This document shows, piece after piece, positions 15,712 through 26,100 of a DNA stretch of 28,915 bases. A program made the position numbers and the translations under genes. Origin of the DNA: a virus. Taxonomy: Duplodnaviria > Caudoviricetes. The DNA is taken from IMG/VR virus record IMGVR_UViG_3300032243_001073, positions 1-28,915 of that record; one strand, 5' to 3'. The notes under the pieces are model-generated. The model ran no database searches and had not been told where the DNA came from. It worked only from the letters and a program-made list of their open reading frames with translations. Each line of letters starts with the position of its first letter. Positions within the stretch are counted from its first letter, which is position 1.

Positions 15712-15741
15712 ATACTAACATAAATGATTTGACTATGTCAA
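15712..15741 (-). promoter_or_regulatory. Sigma70-like promoter TTGACA-N18-TAGTAT (extended TG) upstream of gp55
   Basis: Consensus -35 at 15736-15741 and -10 at 15712-15717; the -35 is part of palindrome TTGAC-TAT-GTCAA. Confidence 0.65.
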
Positions 15742-15774
15742 CCTTTTTATAAAAACCCGCTATTTTAGCTACGA

Positions 15775-15780
15775 TAAATA
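15775..15780 (+). promoter_or_regulatory. Late promoter core TAAATA for baseplate operon
   Basis: GATAAATA followed by SD AGGA and ATG 15799. Confidence 0.65.
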
Positions 15781-15798
15781 TTTAATAGGAATCTAAAT

Positions 15799-17124
15799 AT
15801 GGCCAGCTATTACGTAGTTAACAATGGAGCAGACTCGGGAGTTGTAAACACTGAAACTGGTGTCTACGTGGCTGCGGGCCCGTACGATCAAATGGTGTCC
15901 CAGGCCAATGAACTTAATCGTCAAAACGACAGTGGATTTTATGCCCCTGCCACAATAGTAACACCTGGTAGTGCGGCAAAAGGCAGACAAACAGTAACAC
16001 CCACTCAGGCGGCCGCTGACAATACTGCTGCCCCGGTCACTATTACAGATGCTTCAACGGCCACGGCCGATCCTGCCATCACAGCACGTAATTTGTCTTC
16101 GGGCAATGCCGAATATAATCAGTCAACACAAGCAGAAAAAATTGCCATAGTGGCACAACAAACTGGACTGAGCCCCAACGATCCCGCAGTATTGGCCGCA
16201 GTCAATTCGGCTAATGGAGCAGAAGCTGTCAATACGGACAATACAGGACAAACTGTTTCTGTTACAGGATCTCAAAACGGCACTGATCCCGGATCGTTTA
16301 CAGATTCAGCACAGGGCGTGGCCATAGACCCAGCACAGCAGGGCTCGGTAATATCAAATTTTGATCCCAGCAATACCAGAAGAATGGTTTCGGGATTGAT
16401 GACGGGTGCCAAAATGGCGGCCGCTGATTATGCAGGGCAGGTGTTTAACATTAATTTCACCAGAACACCAGGCATACCCATCGCCCCAGAACAGGATTGG
16501 CGAGTTAGGGTCAGTATGCGCCCAGCAACTGCTGGTTTATTTTATAATAACGAAGACAATGCAATTCTTAAACCCTTGGCAGAAACCAGCGGACTAATTT
16601 TCCCCTACACACCCAGCGTGACTATTAATCATACCGCAAGATATAATCCCCAACAGCTAACACACAGTAACTACAACAGTTATTTTTACGAAGGCAGTGA
16701 AATACAAGCTATCACTATACAAGGCGAGTTTACTGTACAAAGTCAACGTGAAGGTCGCTATCTAATGGCAGCCATTCATTATATGCGGGCCTGTACTAAA
16801 ATGTTCTTTGGAGCCAGTCCCTTGGCCGGCACTCCGCCCCCAATGGTATTCCTGGACGGATACGGCGCTCCTTACTTGCCACACGTGCCTTGCGTAGTGA
16901 CCAGTTTTAGTCACACTATGCCTGCAGAAGTAGACTATATAGAAGTATTGGTTGGTCCCGAGTACAGTGGTATCCTAACACGCTTGCCCACATCCAGCAC
17001 CTTGAATATTACACTACAACCCGTGTACAGCAGAAATAACATTGCCAAAAACTTTACACTGGAAAACTTTAATTCTGGTGCACTGGTTAGAACCAGCACA
17101 GATTCAACAGGAGGATTCCTATAA
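15799..17124 (+). CDS. Baseplate/tail-tube initiator-like protein (gp48/gp54-type) with low-complexity N-terminal extension
   Basis: C-terminal half GLIFPYTPSVT...AGTPPPMVFLDGYG...PCVVTSFS resembles tube-fold baseplate proteins; directly upstream of gp53-like gene. Confidence 0.55.
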   Translation: MASYYVVNNGADSGVVNTETGVYVAAGPYDQMVSQANELNRQNDSGFYAPATIVTPGSAAKGRQTVTPTQAAADNTAAPVTITDASTATADPAITARNLSSGNAEYNQSTQAEKIAIVAQQTGLSPNDPAVLAAVNSANGAEAVNTDNTGQTVSVTGSQNGTDPGSFTDSAQGVAIDPAQQGSVISNFDPSNTRRMVSGLMTGAKMAAADYAGQVFNINFTRTPGIPIAPEQDWRVRVSMRPATAGLFYNNEDNAILKPLAETSGLIFPYTPSVTINHTARYNPQQLTHSNYNSYFYEGSEIQAITIQGEFTVQSQREGRYLMAAIHYMRACTKMFFGASPLAGTPPPMVFLDGYGAPYLPHVPCVVTSFSHTMPAEVDYIEVLVGPEYSGILTRLPTSSTLNITLQPVYSRNNIAKNFTLENFNSGALVRTSTDSTGGFL

Positions 17125-17432
17125 TGGCCGCAGTAGAATATTCAAGCAACAGTCCCTACTACTATACTGGAACATTTGGTCCGTTCCTAGACATTGCAAA
17201 GCTGCCCATTGTGCCCAAAGTGGCCGACGACGTCTTGTTTACTGTAAACAAGACCTATCAGTTTAGGCCCGATCTGTTGTCATTCGATCTTTATGGTGAC
17301 GCTGGCTACTGGTGGGTGTTTGCACTGAGAAATCCCGATGCAATAGTTGATCCTGTGTTTGATATGCGTATAGGTAAGACCATATACTTACCTAAAAAAG
17401 ATACACTACATTCATTGACAATGCCACAATAA
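17124..17432 (+). CDS. gp53: Baseplate wedge subunit (gp53-like, LysM-like)
   Basis: YQFRPDLLSFDLYGDAGYWWVFALRN motif. Confidence 0.8.
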   Translation: MAAVEYSSNSPYYYTGTFGPFLDIAKLPIVPKVADDVLFTVNKTYQFRPDLLSFDLYGDAGYWWVFALRNPDAIVDPVFDMRIGKTIYLPKKDTLHSLTMPQ

Positions 17433-17433
17433 T

Positions 17434-20400
17434 ATGTCTTATTTTGACGAAAATGTTATACCTGGTGCACAGGTCGCTGGCCAAACAACACAACAAACCA
17501 CGGTATATGGCAGTGCCACTGCGGCTGACGAACAAACAGCCATAGATCTTGCCATCACTGCAGCCAGGGAAAACGCTTATGTCAAGTTTGGCGTGAACAG
17601 CGGCGATCTCACTATTGATCAAACGACAGACAGTATTAGAATAAAACAGAATACTATATTTGATAAAAACGCACCTAACGGAGAAACTTATACCTACACA
17701 GCCACCTACGGTGCCACGGCCTATCTTAATATTCCTGTAGTGGACCCAGCCCCGCCACTACCCCCAGATCCACCGCCCGCGCCACCCGACCCAGTTTACG
17801 ACGGGCCAGGTATTGGTGAAGGCGAGTCGCCACCACTACCATCTGATCCGGTTATATCTAATCCAGTCTACGACAATGACCCCAGACCTGATCCAGCAAA
17901 GCCTGTTATCCCAACACCAGTGGCAACAATGCCCACAGTTGTGGTCACCGCGGAAAGAAACACTCCACAGAGTACACTGGTAAATCCTCTGCACGAATAC
18001 GACAGCTATACCTACAATTTAAGTTTGCACCTAATGAACATATTTGATTTTAATGCCGTGGTAGATGATCCACAGCACAGATATGTTCCAAGAAATGTGT
18101 TAATTGCCAGTGCCGGCAGATTTCAGGGCTATGCTCGCAGTCCTGCATTTACAGAAGACTTTTATTTTGACAATTTAAAAATCTCCACAATCATCGGGGC
18201 GGGTAAAAGAAATAAAAGCAGTAATGTAGTTGAGTGTACCTTTACAATTATTGAACCCAACGGCTTTACCTTGTTTAATAGAATAGTAACAGCGGCTGAA
18301 CAGGTCAACGGTAAAAATGGCAACTATATAAAAATGCCTTATATGTTGCAAATTGATTTCTTTGGAATCAAAGGCGGGGAGCTGGGACAAACTCCCATAG
18401 CCAACTTGACCAAACATATTCCTGTCACACTAATAGGCATTAAAAGTCGTGTCAGTTCACGTGGTGCAGAATATACAGTCAGTGCGGTGGCATTCAATCA
18501 CTCGGCGTTTAACCAAACCTATGTTCGCAGTCCTGCAGACTTTACGGTAAGAGCCAAAACAGTGTCAGAAATTTTCGGTCTTGGCACTGTGGATGCCAAC
18601 TCTACCAATGCAGCCACACAGGCCCAAAAAGAAGAATTGCAAAGACAAGAATCTGATTTAGAAAAACAGATAAAAACAGCGGGTGAAGAAGGTGTTGAGT
18701 TACAGAAGCAAGCAAATTCTTTGAAATCTAAAATAGCTTCTTTTGGTCCTTTTAAGATCAATGGATTTACAGATGGTATCAATTCTTGGTACCGGGAATT
18801 AAAAAAGCGTGGTAGCGTGTCCAAGGTCAACACAGTCAGAGTTGAATTTGATCCTGAAATAGGGCTCAGCGATATATACCCCAGTAACAGTCCAGTAAGT
18901 GTAGCATCAGCAGCCAGCTCTGACAACAATACTGCCAAAGATGATAAAGCCAATATTCAATCAAATTTAAATAATAAAAATCAAATTAAATTTGATGCCG
19001 GGGTTATGACAATTCCTGCAGGCACATCCATAACAGACCTAATAGATTGGGCTGTAAGAAACAGCAAGTGGATGGAAAGACAACTTTACGATCCAACAGC
19101 ATCAAGCAGCGACACAAAAAACAATAATAATTCAAACCAACTTAAAGATCCATTAAGATGGGTTAAAATTATTCCAAAGATAAAATTTAGTCAAGAAGGC
19201 TACGACCCTAGTACCAATACCTATACACTAGACATTACCTACTATGTTAAACCTTGGAAAGTAAACAGTAAATTACCCACAGGACCCTTGGGCAAGACTC
19301 CGGGCTATGTCAAAGAATATAACTATATCTACACAGGTAAAAATAGAGATGTGATCGACCTGCAGATAGATTTTGATATGCTGTATTATCAACAGATGAC
19401 GGCCAATAGGAATAAACGTAAAACCTCTATGACAGCTCCAGTGCAGGGAGATCCGGAAGTATTTTATGAAAATAACGGAGAATCATCCAGTACATCTAGT
19501 CCAGTGTCTGATGTACAAAAATCAGGACCCATTGTAGTTCCGCAAAGCAGAGTACAACCTATACCAGTATCATACACATCCAACGATGTTAGATATACCA
19601 ACAGAATGGGCGGCAATCAAGCAGCGTCGGTCACAGGAGGCGATTTACAAAAGAATTTGTTCAAAGGAGATATGATATCCGTAAAATTAAAAATTTTAGG
19701 AGATCCTCATTTTATCAAACAAGATGATATTTTTCTTGGACAAGATGCCACCACGCAGTCAGGACTATTAACCAACAATGGTAGTCTGTGGATGGACAAC
19801 AGCGAGCTGTATGTCTACGTAAAATTTAAGAGCCCCATAGATTATAATGAAGACATTGGTCTCGCCGTGCCCACAAATCAAAGTTATTCAGAATCTGAAC
19901 TCAGTGGTGTTTACAGAGTAATTAGTGTTGACAATGAATTTGCTCGGGGACATTTTGTACAAACATTAGACCTGGCTAGACTACCACTGACACAAGAAAT
20001 GCAGTTTATGACAACCAATGCTCAACAGCGTACAGATACTGCTATGATTGTGCAAATGAGTCAACAAGGCGCCATTGCCTCCAGTAGATTTGCAGGCCCA
20101 GCAATACTGCAAACTGCGGTTCAAACTGCGGGTGGAACAGCGGCCGGGCTGGCATTGACCTTAGCGACGAATCCAGGTGCCGCAGCCAGTATGGCAGGAT
20201 CCTTGGCCAACAAGGCTATAAATTCAGCTGTGTCTAAAGTGGAAAATATGGCAATGAACGCAGTAAAGGATTTTGCCAAGCCCTACTTGGATAGCGCCAA
20301 AGAATTGGCAACCAGTATGTTTGACGGATTTAAAACAGATCTTGGTTTTGCTGAAGCAGACTTTGCCGCAGGAAATTACGGCCAGGCATTTACGGATGTA

Positions 20401-20556
20401 ACAGGTATAGATCTGGGCGGGCTAGGTTTTGGGGATGGCATCGAAGTTGACCTCGAGCTAGCAGATGAAGCCCTGGTTGCAGAAGTTGGTGACATTGGTG
20501 AGATAGCCGATGTTGATGTGGGAGAAGTGGCTGACTTGGGCGACTTCTTCGGATAA
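17434..20556 (+). CDS. Large baseplate hub-like structural protein (gp27-type analogue)
   Basis: Position between gp53 and gp5; LKILGDP and GVYRVISVDNEFARGHFVQTLDL C-terminal motifs resemble contractile-tail hub proteins. Confidence 0.5.
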   Translation: MSYFDENVIPGAQVAGQTTQQTTVYGSATAADEQTAIDLAITAARENAYVKFGVNSGDLTIDQTTDSIRIKQNTIFDKNAPNGETYTYTATYGATAYLNIPVVDPAPPLPPDPPPAPPDPVYDGPGIGEGESPPLPSDPVISNPVYDNDPRPDPAKPVIPTPVATMPTVVVTAERNTPQSTLVNPLHEYDSYTYNLSLHLMNIFDFNAVVDDPQHRYVPRNVLIASAGRFQGYARSPAFTEDFYFDNLKISTIIGAGKRNKSSNVVECTFTIIEPNGFTLFNRIVTAAEQVNGKNGNYIKMPYMLQIDFFGIKGGELGQTPIANLTKHIPVTLIGIKSRVSSRGAEYTVSAVAFNHSAFNQTYVRSPADFTVRAKTVSEIFGLGTVDANSTNAATQAQKEELQRQESDLEKQIKTAGEEGVELQKQANSLKSKIASFGPFKINGFTDGINSWYRELKKRGSVSKVNTVRVEFDPEIGLSDIYPSNSPVSVASAASSDNNTAKDDKANIQSNLNNKNQIKFDAGVMTIPAGTSITDLIDWAVRNSKWMERQLYDPTASSSDTKNNNNSNQLKDPLRWVKIIPKIKFSQEGYDPSTNTYTLDITYYVKPWKVNSKLPTGPLGKTPGYVKEYNYIYTGKNRDVIDLQIDFDMLYYQQMTANRNKRKTSMTAPVQGDPEVFYENNGESSSTSSPVSDVQKSGPIVVPQSRVQPIPVSYTSNDVRYTNRMGGNQAASVTGGDLQKNLFKGDMISVKLKILGDPHFIKQDDIFLGQDATTQSGLLTNNGSLWMDNSELYVYVKFKSPIDYNEDIGLAVPTNQSYSESELSGVYRVISVDNEFARGHFVQTLDLARLPLTQEMQFMTTNAQQRTDTAMIVQMSQQGAIASSRFAGPAILQTAVQTAGGTAAGLALTLATNPGAAASMAGSLANKAINSAVSKVENMAMNAVKDFAKPYLDSAKELATSMFDGFKTDLGFAEADFAAGNYGQAFTDVTGIDLGGLGFGDGIEVDLELADEALVAEVGDIGEIADVDVGEVADLGDFFG

Positions 20557-20573
20557 AATAATTTAGGAAAAAA

Positions 20574-22715
20574 ATGAGTAATCCATACGTAGGAACAAAA
20601 CCCGCGGACTTTGCGGACATTTCAAAATCAATTATTCCCAATACACCGGGCATATTTAAAGGCACAGTTAAAAGTATCGACAGTGATTCAAGAACTGGGA
20701 GACTTTACGTATACCTTGATGGATTTGGTACCGACGATGCGGAGTCGCCCACAGCAGTACACGCAGTGACTTATGCCAGCCCTTTTATGGGCACAACTAC
20801 CGGTAAAACCATAATGCAGTCTGGCAAAATTGTTGCCAAGAATGATTTTGACAATACTGTGCAAACCTACGGATTTTATATGACCCCTCCCGACATAGGC
20901 AATCAGGTTTTATGTTGTTTTCCTGGGGGACTTAAAGAAGAAGGTTTTTGGTTTGCCTGTGTAAATCAGAATTTAAGTAGACGTATGCTACCTGGCATTG
21001 GCGCAGTGCCCTTAGACAGAGTTGAAAAACTTAGCATACCTGCTGAACTACAACCACTTATCAATACCAGCTTTTCCTATCCAGTGGGAGAGTTCCACGA
21101 ATTATCTAATGTATATAATGAATCGTGGACCAGTAAAGCACTATATCCATTACATATTCCTCGTACCTTACAATTGATAAATCAAGGTCTCGACGGAGAT
21201 CCTATTAGGGGATTTACCACCAGCAGCGTACAGCGTGATCCCATCAGTAACGTATTTGGATTTAGCACGCCAGGCCGTCCTTATAAAAACGACCCGGCTA
21301 AAATGGCCAATGTGGAAAATATGATCAATTCGGGTAATTTTAATCCTGCAGATTTTAAAGTTACAACCAGAGTTGGCGGCCATAGTTTGACTATGGACGA
21401 TGGAGATTTCTTAGGCAAGAATAACTTAGTCAAAATGCGTTCGGCCGCAGGCCATCAATTATTAATGAATGACAGCGAAGGAGTCATATACATCAGCAAT
21501 GCTTCGGGCAATACCTGGATTGAACTTACAGCAAAAGGCGACGTGCTTATTTACGGGGCACAGGACCTTGCCATTAGAACACAAGGCAGCATACAGATGC
21601 ACGCCGACAAGAACATAGTGATGAATGCCAAAGGTGCTATACAAATGAACGCAGGTGGCTCATTTAAAATTCAGTCGCAAGATATGTCCGTTAATGCAGG
21701 CAATATGAATTTGTATGGTAAAAGTATGGTATTACATACAGGCGGAACACTGTCAGTCAAATCGGGCAGTAGTCTAGCACTACAGGCCGCCAGTGGCGTG
21801 TCCATCAAAGGAAAATCCATTAATTTAAATGGCGGTGGGCCCAGCGCCAGCGGGGCAGCCCCCACAGCAATAAAAACATTTAATTTGCCGGACTCCATCG
21901 TAATCAACAGCGCAATGGGCGCTAAACAATGGGCCGCGAGACCCGACAGCTTTACCAGTATTTGTAGCAAAGTACCCACTCACGAGCCCTATATAAGAGG
22001 CAACATTGCCGCAGTACTGGCACAGGAAATGGCGGTAAATTCCACAACTACAGATGTCAACGGCAGCACCATTATGCCAGAAGACGGTGCTACACCTGGT
22101 CTGAACTCTACTATTGAAGAAGGAGTAAAAAGACCTGCACCCGACGGCGCATTTATTTCACAACCTGATCCGGGACAGGAGCTGGGCGCACTAAATCAAG
22201 ATCAGCTGAGGGCCTATATGGCACAAACTGGTTATACTGAAAGCGGGGGCAAATACGACGCTGTAAACCAATTTGGTTACCAAGGCAAATATCAAATGGG
22301 CAGCAGTGCTTTACAAGATCTGGGCTATATAAAACCTGGAACTCCACAAACACCCGAAGCATTGAATAATCCCAACAACTGGACAGGCAAAGATGGTATT
22401 GGCAGTGCCGCAGATTTTCAAAATAATTCCAATGTACAAGAATCTGCAATGTATAACTATACCAAGAACAATTATGCCACACTACAGTCTAAGGGAGTTA
22501 TTGGTACAAATACAGCACCCGAAGACATTGCCGGCTTATTGAGTGCCAGTCACTTGGTGGGCGCAGGTGCAGCAGCCAAATGGGCCAAAGACGGCACCAG
22601 TGTCAGTGACGCCAACGGCACCACTGCGGCGCAATACTTTAATCAGGGCAAGTACAGTCAAACCAGAGTTGACACTATTGTGGCCAGTAACAATGGCAAG
22701 ACTAGACAAGGTTAA
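20574..22715 (+). CDS. gp5: Baseplate central spike (gp5/VgrG-like) with C-terminal lysozyme-like domain
   Basis: N-terminal OB-fold-like (GRLYVY, YGFYMTPPDIGNQVLCCF), GHSLTMDD/RSAAGHQLLMND, beta-helix repeats, C-terminal ESGGKYDAVNQFGYQGKYQMG. Confidence 0.8.
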   Translation: MSNPYVGTKPADFADISKSIIPNTPGIFKGTVKSIDSDSRTGRLYVYLDGFGTDDAESPTAVHAVTYASPFMGTTTGKTIMQSGKIVAKNDFDNTVQTYGFYMTPPDIGNQVLCCFPGGLKEEGFWFACVNQNLSRRMLPGIGAVPLDRVEKLSIPAELQPLINTSFSYPVGEFHELSNVYNESWTSKALYPLHIPRTLQLINQGLDGDPIRGFTTSSVQRDPISNVFGFSTPGRPYKNDPAKMANVENMINSGNFNPADFKVTTRVGGHSLTMDDGDFLGKNNLVKMRSAAGHQLLMNDSEGVIYISNASGNTWIELTAKGDVLIYGAQDLAIRTQGSIQMHADKNIVMNAKGAIQMNAGGSFKIQSQDMSVNAGNMNLYGKSMVLHTGGTLSVKSGSSLALQAASGVSIKGKSINLNGGGPSASGAAPTAIKTFNLPDSIVINSAMGAKQWAARPDSFTSICSKVPTHEPYIRGNIAAVLAQEMAVNSTTTDVNGSTIMPEDGATPGLNSTIEEGVKRPAPDGAFISQPDPGQELGALNQDQLRAYMAQTGYTESGGKYDAVNQFGYQGKYQMGSSALQDLGYIKPGTPQTPEALNNPNNWTGKDGIGSAADFQNNSNVQESAMYNYTKNNYATLQSKGVIGTNTAPEDIAGLLSASHLVGAGAAAKWAKDGTSVSDANGTTAAQYFNQGKYSQTRVDTIVASNNGKTRQG

Positions 22716-22718
22716 ATA
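22713..22718 (+). promoter_or_regulatory. Late promoter core TAAATA overlapping gp5 stop codon (N5-ATG spacing)
   Basis: GGTTAAATA-CTATT-ATG. Confidence 0.6.
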
Positions 22719-22723
22719 CTATT

Positions 22724-23098
22724 ATGACAACATATTCAGGATTCAGCACAGTTAATAAAACTAAAAAATTCCGTTTGACGGATTTTGATCTAGTTAAACG
22801 AGACATTACCAATCACTTTAATATTCGTAAAGGTGAAAAATTGATGAATCCTGATTTTGGCACCATCATATGGGACACACTATTTGAGCCGTTAAACGAC
22901 GAAACAAAAAATGTGATTATGCAGGATGTCAAACGTATTGTGGCATCGGATCCTAGAATAGGTGCAAAAAACGTAACTATAACTGAATTTGATCGCGGAC
23001 TACAGTTACAAATAGACTTGATTTACATTCCAACAAATCAGGTCAGTACTATGGCTGTGCAGTTTGAACAAAATTCAAAAACAACCAAGGCTCTTTAA
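22724..23098 (+). CDS. gp25: Baseplate wedge subunit (gp25-like)
   Basis: RKGEKLMNPDFGTIIWDTLFEP, DPRI motifs. Confidence 0.92.
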   Translation: MTTYSGFSTVNKTKKFRLTDFDLVKRDITNHFNIRKGEKLMNPDFGTIIWDTLFEPLNDETKNVIMQDVKRIVASDPRIGAKNVTITEFDRGLQLQIDLIYIPTNQVSTMAVQFEQNSKTTKAL

Positions 23099-23119
23099 AG
23101 TACCATATTTTGTCCCGAA

Positions 23120-23125
23120 TAAATA
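23120..23125 (+). promoter_or_regulatory. Late promoter core TAAATA upstream of gp6
   Basis: AATAAATA followed by SD GAGG and ATG 23143. Confidence 0.65.
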
Positions 23126-23142
23126 CTTAAAACGAGGACAGT

Positions 23143-26100
23143 ATGGCCAATACCACACGACAAAACAGTCTACTAGTTAATCAGGACTGGACTAAAGTAT
23201 ACGAGAGTTTCCGCAATGCGGACTTTCAAAGCTACGATTTCCAAACACTACGCAAGTCAATGATTGACTATTTGCGTGTATACTATCCCGAAAACTTTAA
23301 CGATTTTATTGAATCCAGCGAATATATTGCGCTGATTGATATGATTGCTTTCTTGGGACAAAGTTTAGCATTCCGCACAGATTTAAATGCTCGTGAAAAC
23401 TTTCTAGACACAGCAGAACGCAGGGACAGCGTACTAAAACTGGCCAAATTGGTAAGCTACAATCCCAAACGCAATCAAACAGCCACCGGCTTTCTAAAGT
23501 TTGAAAGTGTACAATCTACACAAACTCTATACGACAGCAACGGTCTGGATCTTACTAATTTAATTGTTAAATGGAACGATACGACCAATGTCAATTGGTA
23601 CGAACAATTTGTAACAATTTTAAACGCCGCAATGCCCGCAAATCAACAGGTGGGCAAACCAGCCAACAGTCAAATCATTGGTGGTATCACATATAGCGAA
23701 TACAACATCAACTTGACCCCGGGCGCATTACCAGTTTACAAATTTGCCAGTCAAATTGAAACTTCGCAATTGGATTTTGAAATCGTCAGCGGAACCAGCG
23801 CCGGGCAAAGTTATATCTATGAAGCTGCACCACGTCCCAGCGCACCAATGAATGTGATCTACAAGAATGATAATCTGGGCAATGCCAGCAACAACACAGG
23901 TTTCTTCTTTTATTTTAAACAAGGCAGTTTGGCCAGTCAGAATTTTTCGTTTGCAGAAAGTATTCCCAATAACATAGCTGCCATTAATGTCAACAACATC
24001 AATAATACTGATGTATGGCTATACGATGTGGCCAGTTCAGGTGCTGTTAACAATCAATGGAATCAAGTGCCCACAGTAAATGGTTTAAACATAATTTACA
24101 ATAGTAATGCAGCCAAGAAAAGTTTCCAGGTGGCCAGCAAGGCAGGAGATCAAATTAATCTAATATTTGGCGACGGAACATTTGCTGCTATTCCGCAAGG
24201 AGATTATAGAGTTTATTACAGAACCAGCACTGGACTAACATACAAAATTACGCCCGACGAAATGCAAAACATTAAGATTTCGTTTAACTATGTTAGTAAA
24301 ATTGGCCGAATCGAAACCATCACCATTATTGCCAGTTTGAAATACACAGTGGCCAATTCATTGGCTCGCGAGTCATTGACTGATATCAAAACAAAAGCAC
24401 CTCAATTGTACTATACACAAAACCGTATGGTCACAGGCGAGGACTACAATACATTTCCCTACGCAAACTACAATTCTATTGCTTTGGTCAAAGCAGTCAA
24501 CAGAACCAGCAGTGGTGTAAGTCGTTTCTTGGACGTGGTGGACACCACAGGCCGTTACTCGAGTACAAATATCTTTGCAGAAGATGGGGTACTATACCAA
24601 GCAGCCAATAATACCAGTTTTGATTTTACGTGGAATACCAAAACTGATATCAATCGGGTAATTGACAATCAAATTTTGCCAGTGATCCGGGCCAACAGTT
24701 TACTGCAATTTTACTATAAAAATTTTACAAGATTTAATTTATCCACACTGAGTTTAACCTGGAGTCGCAGTACAGTTGGTTCTGGATCCAGTACAGGTTA
24801 TTTTGTTGATAATTTAACTTCTGCCAATAGACAACAAATTGGCCGCGGAGTGGCAGGTAATAAATCCTATATTACCCAAGGCAGTATTTTAATATTTTCT
24901 CCTGGCGCTGGGAATTATTTTAACAGTGCCAATGAAGTGGTGGCGCTGCCCACCGGCGGCACACTACCACAAAATGGTAAAAGTTTGTTGTATGTGACTG
25001 TAACTAAACTGGTGGGCAACGGTAGTCAAGGTAACTTGACAGACGGCACTGGGCCAGTGGTGCTGAGCGAAAATGTTCCATCCGGGGTGGCTGCCATAAC
25101 AGTCATACCTTCATTCAGTAATAGTTTTACCACAAGTTTTATATCAAATTTAATATCATTGATCTTTTCTTACACAGAATTTGGCATTAGATTTGATCAG
25201 GCTGCTGGAGATTGGAAGATCATAGCTGCACAAGACTTGGATCTTGTCAGCTCTTTCAGTCAGGCCAATCAAGGTTCCACAATTGGAATGGGGTTAGATG
25301 CCAGCTGGTTGCTAAGTTTCCAGGTCAATGGTCCTATCTATAACGTCAACATCAGGGGACTAAATTATGCCTTTGAAAGTATCAAGGAAACAAAGTTTTA
25401 CTTTGACAATAGAGTCAAGGTATATGATCCCGTCACAGGACTAACAGTCAACGACAGTGTCAATTTGTTAAAAGTCAACGGAAATCCGGATACAGGTGCC
25501 CCATTGAGCGAAAACATATTATGGTATATTACTGGACAGCCTGCTGAGTCGGATGGCTATGTTAATAATAATAAAGTGCTTGTCACTTTCAGTGACACAA
25601 ACAATGACGGGGTGCCAGATAATCCTGACATATTTAATACAGTTGTTCAACCAACAGGAACAGCAATGACAGAAAAATATGTATTCTTTGTAAAAAGTTA
25701 TGGATATAATAATTTCATTACCTACAAGCCACTGATGTCGGGCGCAGTGAATTCAGAGTTTGCCACGAATTTGGCCATACTGCCCAATATTAATAACTAC
25801 ACCGCCAATCAAATATTTTATGCTTACTCAACGGGTAACTTTTATGTATTAACTATTCAAAATGGTGTCAGAACGCTGGTTCAAAGTACAGACTACATTG
25901 TACACATTGGCCGACAAGACCTTTACTTTCAATATAAACATAATAGCCCCGGCAATCGTCGTTTAGATCCTAGTCCAAGTAATTTAATTGATCTCTACAT
26001 ATTGACTAAAGAATATGATGCAGACTATCGTGCGTGGATAGCGGGCAATACCACCGAGCCCGACGCACCTTCTAGCGAATCATTGAGGTTGTCGCTGGGG

